Below are positions 17,744 to 26,079 of a stretch of 38,741 nt of DNA, one piece after another (the stretch's first letter is position 1; each line of letters begins with the position of its first letter). The translations under genes and the position numbers were made by a program. Origin of the DNA: Candidatus Eiseniibacteriota bacterium (GTDB lineage Bacteria; Eisenbacteria; RBG-16-71-46); assembly GCA_041483195.1 (NCBI GenBank), contig JBGPFC010000035.1, forward strand, positions 1 through 38,741, in the 5' to 3' direction. A model generated the notes under the pieces. The model made no database searches. It had not been told where the DNA came from and worked only from the letters and a program-made list of their open reading frames with translations.

Positions 17744-17946
17744 GCCCCGGGACCCCAGGATGCAACCCCCTCGGGCCCTTCGATACCCCTCACCCCCCGG
17801 TGTTCCGATCGGGGCAGATCCCCCATTCGGTGTGCGGGGCGGCGCGAAATGACCGTCATCGCGTCGGTTCCATGAAGCGGCGCGGAATGGTGGAATCGCT
17901 CTGAGCCCGCGATTCACGCTGCCCGCGCGGCTCGCGGGCGTGCGTG
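17744..17946 (+). ncRNA. Candidate C-rich structured small RNA or long leader (A)
   Basis: Follows a sigma54 motif; no credible ORF; several C-tracts; hairpins GAATCGC/GCGATTC and CACGC-GCCCGCG/CGCGGGC-GCGTG. Confidence 0.3.
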
Positions 17947-17960
17947 GCACAGAGGATGCA
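17945..17960 (+). promoter_or_regulatory. sigma54 (-24/-12) promoter for the 18035 gene
   Basis: TGGCACAGAGGATGCA, GG-N10-GC with TGGCAC, about 75 nt upstream of the ATG. Confidence 0.65.
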
Positions 17961-18034
17961 GGACTCCGGGATAGGAGCGTCGCATTCGGGCCGTTCGTAC
18001 GGGCGCTCCGGGCTGAACCGCCAGGAGGCGAGCC

Positions 18035-18799
18035 ATGAACCCGCGTCACTACGTCGATCTCAAGGACACCAGCCGCGACCTGCAGCCGACCTACTACTTC
18101 ATGGTCAACTGCCTGTTGTACAGCCGCATGGAGACCGGGCTGGTCTCGAACCAGGATTTCTACGACGAGGACGTGAACGTCTACCTCGCCCACCTGCTGC
18201 ACTCGTTCATCAACCCCGAGTATGTCGAGCAGTCGAAGAAGTTCCTCTCGAAGTACGACACCGACGTCTTCCGCCGGCTCGCGAACTCGAACGACGCCCG
18301 GCTCAAGTACCAGATCTACAAGACCAACGCCGACTTCCTGCTGATCTCGATCGGCATCTTCGACAACCCGGTGATGGCGGAGGCCGCGCGCGCCCGGATC
18401 GCGCCGAGCGAAGAGGCGTACATCGGCCGCGGCAAGACCTACTATCACTTCGCGTACTCCTACAGCCAGCAGATGCACCGCAAGAACGCGGGCGTCTCCG
18501 AGGTGCTCGAGAAGCTCTCGGTGGGGTTCGAGAAGTACATCCGCATCCTCTCGCACATGCGCGGCGAGTACCTCGACCTGCTCAAGCGCTTCTCGCAGGG
18601 CGAGGTCTATCACCTCGAGCGCTCCATCGACGAGCACGCGAGCCAGGAGCTGCTGCGCGTGAAGCAGGACGAGCTGCTCGAGCTCTACTCGGCGTGGAAG
18701 ACCGAGCCCACGCGCGAGGCGGTCGAAAGCCTCGAGCGCGTCGTGAGCGAGATCCGCGAGATCAATCCGGCTTTCAAGTTCGAGCTGCCGAAGCGATAG
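18035..18799 (+). CDS. Conserved-looking alpha-helical, Tyr-rich hypothetical protein, 254 aa
   Basis: AGGAGG RBS, very strong C/G third-position bias, own promoter motif and terminator; no domain recognised. Confidence 0.88.
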   Translation: MNPRHYVDLKDTSRDLQPTYYFMVNCLLYSRMETGLVSNQDFYDEDVNVYLAHLLHSFINPEYVEQSKKFLSKYDTDVFRRLANSNDARLKYQIYKTNADFLLISIGIFDNPVMAEAARARIAPSEEAYIGRGKTYYHFAYSYSQQMHRKNAGVSEVLEKLSVGFEKYIRILSHMRGEYLDLLKRFSQGEVYHLERSIDEHASQELLRVKQDELLELYSAWKTEPTREAVESLERVVSEIREINPAFKFELPKR

Positions 18800-18812
18800 T
18801 CCAGTCGCGGGC

Positions 18813-18854
18813 GGCCGAGGCCCCGGGGTGCAGGAGCCCCGGGGCGGTCTTTTT
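18813..18854 (+). terminator. Rho-independent terminator
   Basis: GCCCCGGGG (18820-18828) / CCCCGGGGC (18837-18845) stem, then GGTCTTTTT. Confidence 0.8.
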
Positions 18855-18919
18855 GCTCCCGGAACTTCGCCGGCCCGTCGCGCCATCGCCGCGCGGAAAT
18901 TCTCGCGCGGGGATCGAGG

Positions 18920-19450
18920 CTAGCCGCGAAACGAGATCTCGTCGGCGGGAACCTGAGTGACGCGCGCTCCGAGTTCCTCGTTCACGGCGGCCGTGATCGC
19001 GCGCGCCTTCCGCCCCTTGCCGTCGTAGGTGCTGTGACCGTCGGAGGCGAGCGTCACATCGTAGCCGAGCTCGAGGGCGCCGAGCGTGGTCTCACGGATG
19101 CAGTAGTCCGACTGAAGGCCGGCGATCACCACCCTCGTGATGCCGCGCGCTTCGAGCTCGTCGTCGAGATGCGTGGTCTCGAACGTGTCGCAGGTGGTCT
19201 TGTCCAGCACCAGCTCGCCGTCGGCCGGCTCGAGCTCGGAGTGGATCTCCCAGCCCGGCGTGCCTGGCACATCGGGGTCTCCCTCGCCGCCCGCGTTCCT
19301 CACGAACACGACCGGCGCGCCGGCGTCGCGCGCCCGCTCGAGCAGTCCGCGCAACCGCTCCAGCAGCGGGCCGGATCCCGCCACCTCGTGGGCCGGGTCG
19401 AACATGTTCGCCTGGACGTCGATCAGCAGCAGCGCGGTCTTCGGGCTCAT
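18920..19450 (-). CDS. Isochorismatase-family cysteine hydrolase, 176 aa
   Basis: ALLLIDVQ, DKTTCDTF, AGLQSDYCIRET (Asp/Lys/Cys triad); GAGG RBS before ATG 19450. Confidence 0.9.
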   Translation of the reverse strand: MSPKTALLLIDVQANMFDPAHEVAGSGPLLERLRGLLERARDAGAPVVFVRNAGGEGDPDVPGTPGWEIHSELEPADGELVLDKTTCDTFETTHLDDELEARGITRVVIAGLQSDYCIRETTLGALELGYDVTLASDGHSTYDGKGRKARAITAAVNEELGARVTQVPADEISFRG

Positions 19451-19457
19451 GTGCGCC

Positions 19458-21446
19458 TCAGGAGATCGAGTCGCTCGATGCGACGGCGCGTGGATCGCGC
19501 GCCGCGGCCTCAGCCGCCGGGGCCGGCCGGTCCGCGGCGACCCAGCGCTCTGCCCACATCTGGAGGCTGAGCAGCGCCCACAGCGTTCGCCCGCGTTCGA
19601 TGCGCCCGTCGAGATGCGCACGCATGAGCGCGGCGGTCGCGGCCGGATCGAGCACCTGAGCGCGCGCGATCCGCTCGGGCGAGAGCCGGTCGGTGACGAG
19701 ATCGCGCAGCGGGCCGCGCGCCCATGCCGAGAACGGCGGCGAGAATCCCTGCTTGCGCCGCGCGAGCAGCGCCTCGGGGAGCAGCCCGCGCGCCGCGCGC
19801 TTGAGCGCCCACTTGCCGCACGTGCCGCTGAGCCGCGCGTCCTCGGGCAGCGCGAGCGCGAACTCGATCAGCTCGTGGCTCAGGAACGGCGCGCGCGCCT
19901 CCACGCCGTGCGCCATCGCGCAGCGGTCGACCTTGGTGAGCAGGTCGCCCGAGAGGTAGAACTCGAAGTCGAGGAGCTGATAGGCGACCAGCGCCGGGGC
20001 GCGCCGCAGGTCGCCCACCGGGCTGCCCGCCAGATCGCGCTCGAGCCGGTCGAGGTGGGCGAGCGGCGTGTCCTCGTTGATGCGCGAGCGCAGCGCGGGC
20101 GCGAGCAGCTGCGTCGCCTCGGTCGCGCGAGCGGTGCCGAACCACGCGAGATGGCGCTCGAACGGCGTGAGCGACCCGGCTTCGAGAAAGCGCTCGATCA
20201 GGTGCGGCAGCGTCACGTGATGGTGGCGCGGCCGCAGCGCGCGCACCAGCGCGATCAGCGCCTCGCGCGCCCCGCGCGGGATGCGCCGCGCGAGCGCCGC
20301 GTGACGGTGCCCGAGGTAGGTGGGGTAGCCCGCGAACAGCTCGTCGCCGCCCTCGCCGGTGAGCACCACCGGAACGTGGCGCGCGGCGAGCCGCGCCAGC
20401 GCCCAGGTCGGCAGCACGCTGGGATCGCCGATCGGCTGATCCATGTCGCACGCGAAACGCTCGATCGCCTCTTCCCCGCCCGCGTGATCCATGACCAGCT
20501 CGTGGTGCTCGGAGCCGATCGAGGCCGCCACCGCGCGCGCGAACGCCGACTCGTCGTAGCCGCGGTCGGGAAGCCGCACGCTGAACGTCGGGAACCCGCG
20601 CCCGCGGGCGCGCTCCGCGAGCACGCTCACCAGCCCCGAGTCGACGCCCCCCGAGAGGAACACGCCGAACGGCACCTCGTCGGGGGTGCGCAGCGCGACC
20701 GAGCGCGCGAGCGCCTCGGCGGTCGCGGCCGGAGCGTCGCCGCGCGCGGTGTGCCGGCGCGAGTGAAGCGTGTCCCACGGACGCCAGTAGCGGCGCTGGC
20801 GCGCGACCCCGTCGCGGAAGCTCAGCAGGTGGCCGGGCGGCAGCTGGCGCACCGCCGCGAAGGCGCAATCCTCGTCTGCGAAGAATCCGTGCGCCAGATA
20901 GCGCGCGAGCGAGGCCGGCGACGGATCGCGCGAAACCCAGGGCAGCGCGAGCAGCGCGCCCGGCTCGGATGCGAAAGCGATGCCGTGCGGGCTCTCGGCG
21001 ACGAACAGCGGCTTCTCGCCGGCGCGATCGCGCGCGAGCACCAGCGTCCGTTCCTCCGCGTTCCAGATCGCGATCGCGAACATGCCGTCGATGTGGAGCG
21101 GAAAATCCTCGCCGTGCTCCTCGTAGAGGTGGGCGACCAGCGCGGTATCGGGGCCGCGCGCGACGTCGTGGCCGCGCTCGTGCAGCTCGCGGCGCAGCGC
21201 GGCGTGGTTGTAGAGCTCGCCGTTCACGACCGCGCGCAGCGCGCCCGTCTCGTTGCCGTGGACCTGCGCCGGCTCGCCGCGCGCGACGATCGCGAGCCGC
21301 GCGAGGCCGAGCGTGACGTCCTCCCCGCTCCAGAACGCGGCTCCGCTCGGGCCGCGGTGGCGAAGACGCTCCACCATGTCCGCGACCAGCGTCGAACGCT
21401 GCCCCGCTTCGAGCCGGGGCGCCCAGAGGCCGGCGATGCCGCACAT
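19458..21446 (-). CDS. asnB: Asparagine synthase (glutamine-hydrolysing) family amidotransferase
   Basis: MCGIAG N-terminus, HRGP, NGELYN, GMFAIA, ARDRAGEKPL, FLSGGVDS, LTGEGGDELFAGY, KVDR..M..GVEARAPFL, RRKQGF. May be an envelope amidotransferase rather than true AsnB. Confidence 0.88.
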   Translation of the reverse strand: MCGIAGLWAPRLEAGQRSTLVADMVERLRHRGPSGAAFWSGEDVTLGLARLAIVARGEPAQVHGNETGALRAVVNGELYNHAALRRELHERGHDVARGPDTALVAHLYEEHGEDFPLHIDGMFAIAIWNAEERTLVLARDRAGEKPLFVAESPHGIAFASEPGALLALPWVSRDPSPASLARYLAHGFFADEDCAFAAVRQLPPGHLLSFRDGVARQRRYWRPWDTLHSRRHTARGDAPAATAEALARSVALRTPDEVPFGVFLSGGVDSGLVSVLAERARGRGFPTFSVRLPDRGYDESAFARAVAASIGSEHHELVMDHAGGEEAIERFACDMDQPIGDPSVLPTWALARLAARHVPVVLTGEGGDELFAGYPTYLGHRHAALARRIPRGAREALIALVRALRPRHHHVTLPHLIERFLEAGSLTPFERHLAWFGTARATEATQLLAPALRSRINEDTPLAHLDRLERDLAGSPVGDLRRAPALVAYQLLDFEFYLSGDLLTKVDRCAMAHGVEARAPFLSHELIEFALALPEDARLSGTCGKWALKRAARGLLPEALLARRKQGFSPPFSAWARGPLRDLVTDRLSPERIARAQVLDPAATAALMRAHLDGRIERGRTLWALLSLQMWAERWVAADRPAPAAEAAARDPRAVASSDSIS

Positions 21447-21514
21447 GAGGTCGATGTTCTCCGTGCCGTGTGCCGGGCGTAAGCGACCCGGCGGGTCGTC
21501 CTGCCGGCGGCGCG

Positions 21515-23143
21515 TTACCGCCGGTACGCGACGAATCGAGCGTCGCGGAAGATCTGGGTCCAGGTCGCGAGGTCTCGGGAGTCGGCGCCGCGCGACCGCC
21601 TGACGACGATCGCGACGCGATCCGCGGGCGGCCCGATCTCGCGGGCCGTCCACTGACCGCGTCGCTTCAGGACCTCGCGGTAACGGACCTGGTAGTTGCT
21701 GGTGGTCTCGAAGCCGGCCTCGCTCACGAGTTCCGAGGAGCGCCCGAGCAGAAAATCGGTGCCGGGACTATAGCAGCCTTCCATGCGCACCGCGCCCCCG
21801 GGACTCGCGGCCGCGATCGCGGCGGCGAGCGGCGCGCCCGACTGCGCGCGGGCCTCCCACAGCAAAGCGGGCCGGCCGAGCGCGAGCACGATCGGCGCGA
21901 GCGCGAGCGCCGCGATGAACGCGAGATCGTGGCGGCGCGCGAGCGCGCCGATCAACGCGAGCGCGGCGGCGGCCGCGAAGGCGATCGCGACGATGCGGTT
22001 CGCGCCCTCCACCGCGGCCGGCGGCCGCGCGCCCGGCACGTAGTCGATCAGGCCCGACCCCGCGACGGCACACGACGCGGCGAGCGCGGCGTAGAGCGCG
22101 AACAGGATCCATCCCGCGCGCCGCTGCGATTTCGGATCGCTCCACGCCGAGGCCGCGAGCCACGCGAGCGGCGGCAGCGCGGGGAGCAGGTAGGTCACCA
22201 GCTTCGAGCGCGAGAGCGTGAAGAACACCGCGGCGAACAGCACGAAGCCGAGCGCGACCCGCGCGGTGCGATCAGCTCCGGCGTCCGCTCCGCGCGTGCG
22301 CCACGCGCCCCACGGGGTCGCGAGCGACCACGGCAGCGCGCCGCCCAGCAGCACCGCCGGCACGAACCACCACGGTTGCTCGCGACGGAACGAGCCGCGC
22401 GTCATGCGCTCGAGCGATTCCTCGAGAAACGCATAGCGCGGGTATTCGGGGAAGCGGCGCGAGGCGAGCGCGAACCATCCGCCTGCGACCAGCGCGACCA
22501 TCGCCCAGCCCGGCAGCCACGCGAGCCAGCGCAGCGGATCGCGCGAGCGCAGCAACAGGGCGGCGAACACGCTCCCGCCCAGCGCCCACGCCAGCATCAC
22601 CGGCCCCTTGAGCAGGATGCCGAGCGTGACCGCCGCGAACATCGCGGCCCGGCGACGCGGCGAGGCTCCGCCTTCCAGCTCGCGCGCGAGACACGTCCAC
22701 ACCACCGTCACGCACAGCGCGAGCGGCATGTCGAAGATCACGTACGCCGAGAGCACGGCGAACAGCGGCGCCGTGGCGAGCAGCGCCACCGCGCGCAGCG
22801 CGAACGCCGTTCCGCGCCGGCGCAGCGCGAGCCACGCGATCACGAGCAGGGTCATCGCGGCCGCCAGCGCGGAGGGCATGCGCACCGCGAGCGGGGTGCG
22901 GCCGAGCGCCGCGATCGCGAGCGAACCCGCCCAGAACAGCGCGGGCGGCTTGTCGAGATAGGGCATGCCCGCGAGGTGCGGCACCACCAGGTCGCCGCTC
23001 GCGGCCATCTCGCGCGCGACCTCCGCGTTGCGGCCCTCGTCGGGATCGACGAGCGGATACGCGCGCGCGAGCAGCAGGCTTGCGACGAAGATCGCGGCGA
23101 TCAGCGCGAGCAGCGGGCGCCAGGAGGAAGCAGTCGGCCCCAC
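21515..23143 (-). CDS. ArnT/PMT-like (GT-C; GT83/GT39) lipid-carrier glycosyltransferase
   Basis: DPDEGRNAEVAREM..SGD...P.L.G..YLDKPP, many TM helices, LLKGPV, SRSKLVTYLLP. Confidence 0.88.
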   Translation of the reverse strand: MGPTASSWRPLLALIAAIFVASLLLARAYPLVDPDEGRNAEVAREMAASGDLVVPHLAGMPYLDKPPALFWAGSLAIAALGRTPLAVRMPSALAAAMTLLVIAWLALRRRGTAFALRAVALLATAPLFAVLSAYVIFDMPLALCVTVVWTCLARELEGGASPRRRAAMFAAVTLGILLKGPVMLAWALGGSVFAALLLRSRDPLRWLAWLPGWAMVALVAGGWFALASRRFPEYPRYAFLEESLERMTRGSFRREQPWWFVPAVLLGGALPWSLATPWGAWRTRGADAGADRTARVALGFVLFAAVFFTLSRSKLVTYLLPALPPLAWLAASAWSDPKSQRRAGWILFALYAALAASCAVAGSGLIDYVPGARPPAAVEGANRIVAIAFAAAAALALIGALARRHDLAFIAALALAPIVLALGRPALLWEARAQSGAPLAAAIAAASPGGAVRMEGCYSPGTDFLLGRSSELVSEAGFETTSNYQVRYREVLKRRGQWTAREIGPPADRVAIVVRRSRGADSRDLATWTQIFRDARFVAYRR

Positions 23144-23147
23144 GCGC

Positions 23148-24635
23148 TCAGCGAATCTCGTAGTTGGGCGCTTCCTTGGTGATCTTCACGTCGTGCGGGT
23201 GGCTCTCGCGCAGGCCGGCGCTGCTGATCCGCACGAAGCGCGTCTTCGAGCGCAGCTCCTCGATGGTGGTCACGCCGCAGTAGCCCATGCCGGCGCGCAG
23301 CCCCCCCACCATCTGGAACACGGACTGCGAGAGCGGGCCCTTGAACGGAACGCGGCCCTCGATCCCCTCCGGGACCAGCTTCGAGAGCTCGTCGGTGTTG
23401 TCCTGGAAGTAGCGCTCGCGGCTGCCCTTCGCCGCGGCCATCGCCGACAGCGAGCCCATGCCGCGGTAGACCTTGAAAGAGCGCCCCTCGAGCAGCACCA
23501 CCTCGCCCGGGCTCTCCTCGGTGCCGGCGAACAGGCTGCCGATCATCACCGCGTGCCCGCCGGCCGCGATCGCCTTCACCACGTCGCCGCTGTACTTGAT
23601 GCCGCCGTCGGCGATGATCGGGATGCCGGTGGACTCGAGCGCCCGCGCGGCCTCGAGCACCGCCGTGATCTGCGCCATGCCGGCGCCGGTCACGACCCGC
23701 GTCGTGCAGATCGCGCCCGGTCCCATGCCCACCTTCACGGCGTCCGCGCCCTCCTTCGCGACCGCCGCCGCGCCATCGGCGGTGCCGACGTTGCCCACCA
23801 CCAGGTCGACGTCGGGGAAGCGGCCGCGCACCGCGCGGGTCGCATCGAGCACGCCGCGCGAGTGCGCGTGCGCGCTGTCCACCACGAGCGCGTCGGCGCC
23901 CGCCTTCACCAGCGCGTCCGCCCGCTCCAGGTAATCGCCGGCCCCGCCCACGGCGGCCGCGACCCGCAGTCGTCCGAACGAGTCCTTGCACGCGTGCGGA
24001 TGCTTGATGCGCTTCTCGATGTCCTTCACGGTGATGAGCCCGGTGAGCCGCCCCTCGCCGTCCACCACCGGCAGCTTCTCGATGCGGTGCTTCGCGAGGA
24101 TCGCCTGCGCCTGCTCGAGCGTGGTGCCGACCGGGGCGGTGATCAATCGCTCGCGCGTCATGATCTCCGCGACGCGGCGGGTCATGCGGTCCTCGAAGCG
24201 CAGGTCGCGGTTGGTGAGGATGCCGACCAGCTTGCCGTTCTCGGTGATCGGCACGCCCGAGATGTGGAAGCGCGACATGATCTCGTGCGCCTGGCCGATG
24301 GTCGCGTTGGGCGGCAGCGTGACGGGGTCCACGATCATGCCGCTCTCGGAGCGCTTGACGCGATCCACCTGCGAGGCCTGCTCCGCGATCGAGAGGTTCT
24401 TGTGGATGACGCCGATGCCGCCTTCGCGCGCGAGCGCGATCGCGAGCTCGAACTCGGTCACGGTGTCCATCGCCGCGCTCACGATCGGGATGTTCAGCTC
24501 GATGCGGCGGGAGAAGCGCGTGCGGATGTCGACGTCGCGGGGATGGACCTCGGCGAGGCCCGGAACGAGCAGCACGTCGTCGAAGGTCAGGGCCTCATCG
24601 CCCACCTTCCGGCTCCACGCGTCGCGCTCGCTCAC
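23148..24635 (-). CDS. guaB: IMP dehydrogenase with a CBS pair
   Basis: [73 protein letters not shown]. Confidence 0.97.
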   Translation of the reverse strand: MSERDAWSRKVGDEALTFDDVLLVPGLAEVHPRDVDIRTRFSRRIELNIPIVSAAMDTVTEFELAIALAREGGIGVIHKNLSIAEQASQVDRVKRSESGMIVDPVTLPPNATIGQAHEIMSRFHISGVPITENGKLVGILTNRDLRFEDRMTRRVAEIMTRERLITAPVGTTLEQAQAILAKHRIEKLPVVDGEGRLTGLITVKDIEKRIKHPHACKDSFGRLRVAAAVGGAGDYLERADALVKAGADALVVDSAHAHSRGVLDATRAVRGRFPDVDLVVGNVGTADGAAAVAKEGADAVKVGMGPGAICTTRVVTGAGMAQITAVLEAARALESTGIPIIADGGIKYSGDVVKAIAAGGHAVMIGSLFAGTEESPGEVVLLEGRSFKVYRGMGSLSAMAAAKGSRERYFQDNTDELSKLVPEGIEGRVPFKGPLSQSVFQMVGGLRAGMGYCGVTTIEELRSKTRFVRISSAGLRESHPHDVKITKEAPNYEIR

Positions 24636-24661
24636 GACTTGTCGAACCTCCCTGAAACCGT

Positions 24662-24688
24662 GAAGCCCCGAGCGCGGCTCGGGGCTTC
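24662..24688. terminator. Strong intergenic hairpin upstream of guaB
   Basis: GAAGCCCCGAGC / GCTCGGGGCTTC perfect 12-bp IR; weak U tract, so either an attenuator or an mRNA-stabilising stem. Confidence 0.5.
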
Positions 24689-24696
24689 GCGGGTGG

Positions 24697-25449
24697 TCAC
24701 TTGGCGGCCGGCGCTCCCGGACGCTTCGGCTTGCTGAAGCGCGAGACGTCGAAGTAGTAGTTCGCCCCGACGCGCAGCTCGGTGGCCAGCAACGCGCTGT
24801 TGAATCCCGATGGGAACTGCTCGGGCCGGTCGGCGAACGTCCAGTGCCCGGCGGCCGAGACCTCGATCGCGGTCGAGGGCAGGGACTTGAGGAAATGCTC
24901 GGCGCCGAGCTGCACGCTCGCCCCGGGATAGAAGCCGCGATGGAGCTTCTTGGACACCGGATCCTTGAGCACCTTGCGCCGGTTCTCGACCCACACCCGG
25001 TACACGCCGGGTCCGCCGCCCGCGTGGTAGATCCAGCCCCCGATCGCGCGCGTGAGCTGGAGCTGGGCGGAGATCGGCATGACCAGCGTGAGCACGCTCT
25101 TCTTGTTCTGCTCGTTGGGATAATTCGGGTCGATGAAGGGCATCGGCGACTTCTGGTCGTAACCGGCCCAGAAGAATCCGGGGCTGACCTGCCAGCGCAG
25201 CCACGGATTGATCACGTAGCGGAAGTTGCCGGAGAAGGCGAACCGCGGCCGGGCGTCCCGGCTCCCGAAATTACCCCGCGCGTCGCGGGCGAACGAGTAG
25301 TCCCCGTCGGCGAAGGTCTGCGAAACGCCGAGCAGGCCTCCGAGCGAGCCGCGATGCGGGCCATAGCCTGATTCCGCGCCGAGACATGCCGAGGCAACCG
25401 TGAGCAGCGCCAGTGTCGCGCCGCTCACCCAGCAGACGCGTGAAATCAT
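24697..25449 (-). CDS. Probable outer-membrane beta-barrel protein, 250 aa
   Basis: Signal peptide, alternating aromatic/Gly beta strands, last strand [10 protein letters not shown] then a short basic tail; AGGAG upstream. Confidence 0.7.
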   Translation of the reverse strand: MISRVCWVSGATLALLTVASACLGAESGYGPHRGSLGGLLGVSQTFADGDYSFARDARGNFGSRDARPRFAFSGNFRYVINPWLRWQVSPGFFWAGYDQKSPMPFIDPNYPNEQNKKSVLTLVMPISAQLQLTRAIGGWIYHAGGGPGVYRVWVENRRKVLKDPVSKKLHRGFYPGASVQLGAEHFLKSLPSTAIEVSAAGHWTFADRPEQFPSGFNSALLATELRVGANYYFDVSRFSKPKRPGAPAAK

Positions 25450-25512
25450 GCGATGGAGGCTCCTCGCCGGTTCGGGAAGGTGGAGCGGCAGGCCCGGTAC
25501 GATGAGCGCGGC

Positions 25513-25541
25513 AGTATAGGAATCGCCTCCGGGGGTGTCAA
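25513..25541 (-). promoter_or_regulatory. sigma70 promoter for the OMP-guaB run
   Basis: TTGACA-17 nt-TATACT on the minus strand. Confidence 0.85.
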
Positions 25542-25712
25542 AACGAAATCCGGCGGCCGCGCGATTCGATGCGCGGAGGGCGAGCCCCGCGCCGGGAGCG
25601 ACGCCGGCCCGATGCCACCCCCGGTGACGATGCGTCGTCGCCGGTGACGGCGGGCGGGCGCTCCGAAAGGTGACCCGCGTTGCGGCGCCGCGACTTGCTC
25701 GCGGGCGAGGGC

Positions 25713-25728
25713 TGGAACGGATGTTGCG
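25713..25728 (+). promoter_or_regulatory. sigma54 (-24/-12) promoter
   Basis: TGGAACGGATGTTGCG, GG-N10-GC with TTGC. Confidence 0.55.
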
Positions 25729-25738
25729 GCTCGTGCGA

Positions 25739-25856
25739 CGCAGCACCCCAATACCGGGATCCCGCAAAACTCCTCGCGTCCTTCTCCCCACCCCGAACCC
25801 ACCAGCACAACGACGAAAGATGGATTCAAAGGGGCCGGCCGCCAACCGGCCCCAGT
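25739..25856 (+). ncRNA. Candidate C-rich small RNA (B), about 115 nt
   Basis: Lies between a sigma54 motif and an 8-bp GC hairpin; contains anti-SD-like CTCCT and CCTTCTCCCC; no ORF with an RBS. Confidence 0.4.
25831..25853. terminator. GC hairpin, terminator-like
   Basis: GGGGCCGG-N7-CCGGCCCC; the short T run follows it on the minus strand, not the plus strand. Confidence 0.5.
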
Positions 25857-25963
25857 CCCGGTCCGCCGCGGCATGCGCGGCGCCGGGGCCGAGCCCGCGC
25901 AATCCCCGCGCCGCGGCATGCGCAACTCCCGCGCCGCGGCGGGGCCGCGAAGGCCGGCATTCG

Positions 25964-25992
25964 TTGACACTCCGCGCGCCCACTCGTAGACT
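25964..25992 (+). promoter_or_regulatory. sigma70 promoter for the secDF operon
   Basis: TTGACA-17 nt-TAGACT. Confidence 0.8.
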
Positions 25993-26079
25993 CCCGCCCT
26001 CATTTTGCCCATTCATGCCGGAGCCGCCGGGGCTGCCCCGAGGACCTCCCGGCGATCGACTGTGCTCCGGGAGAACGTG

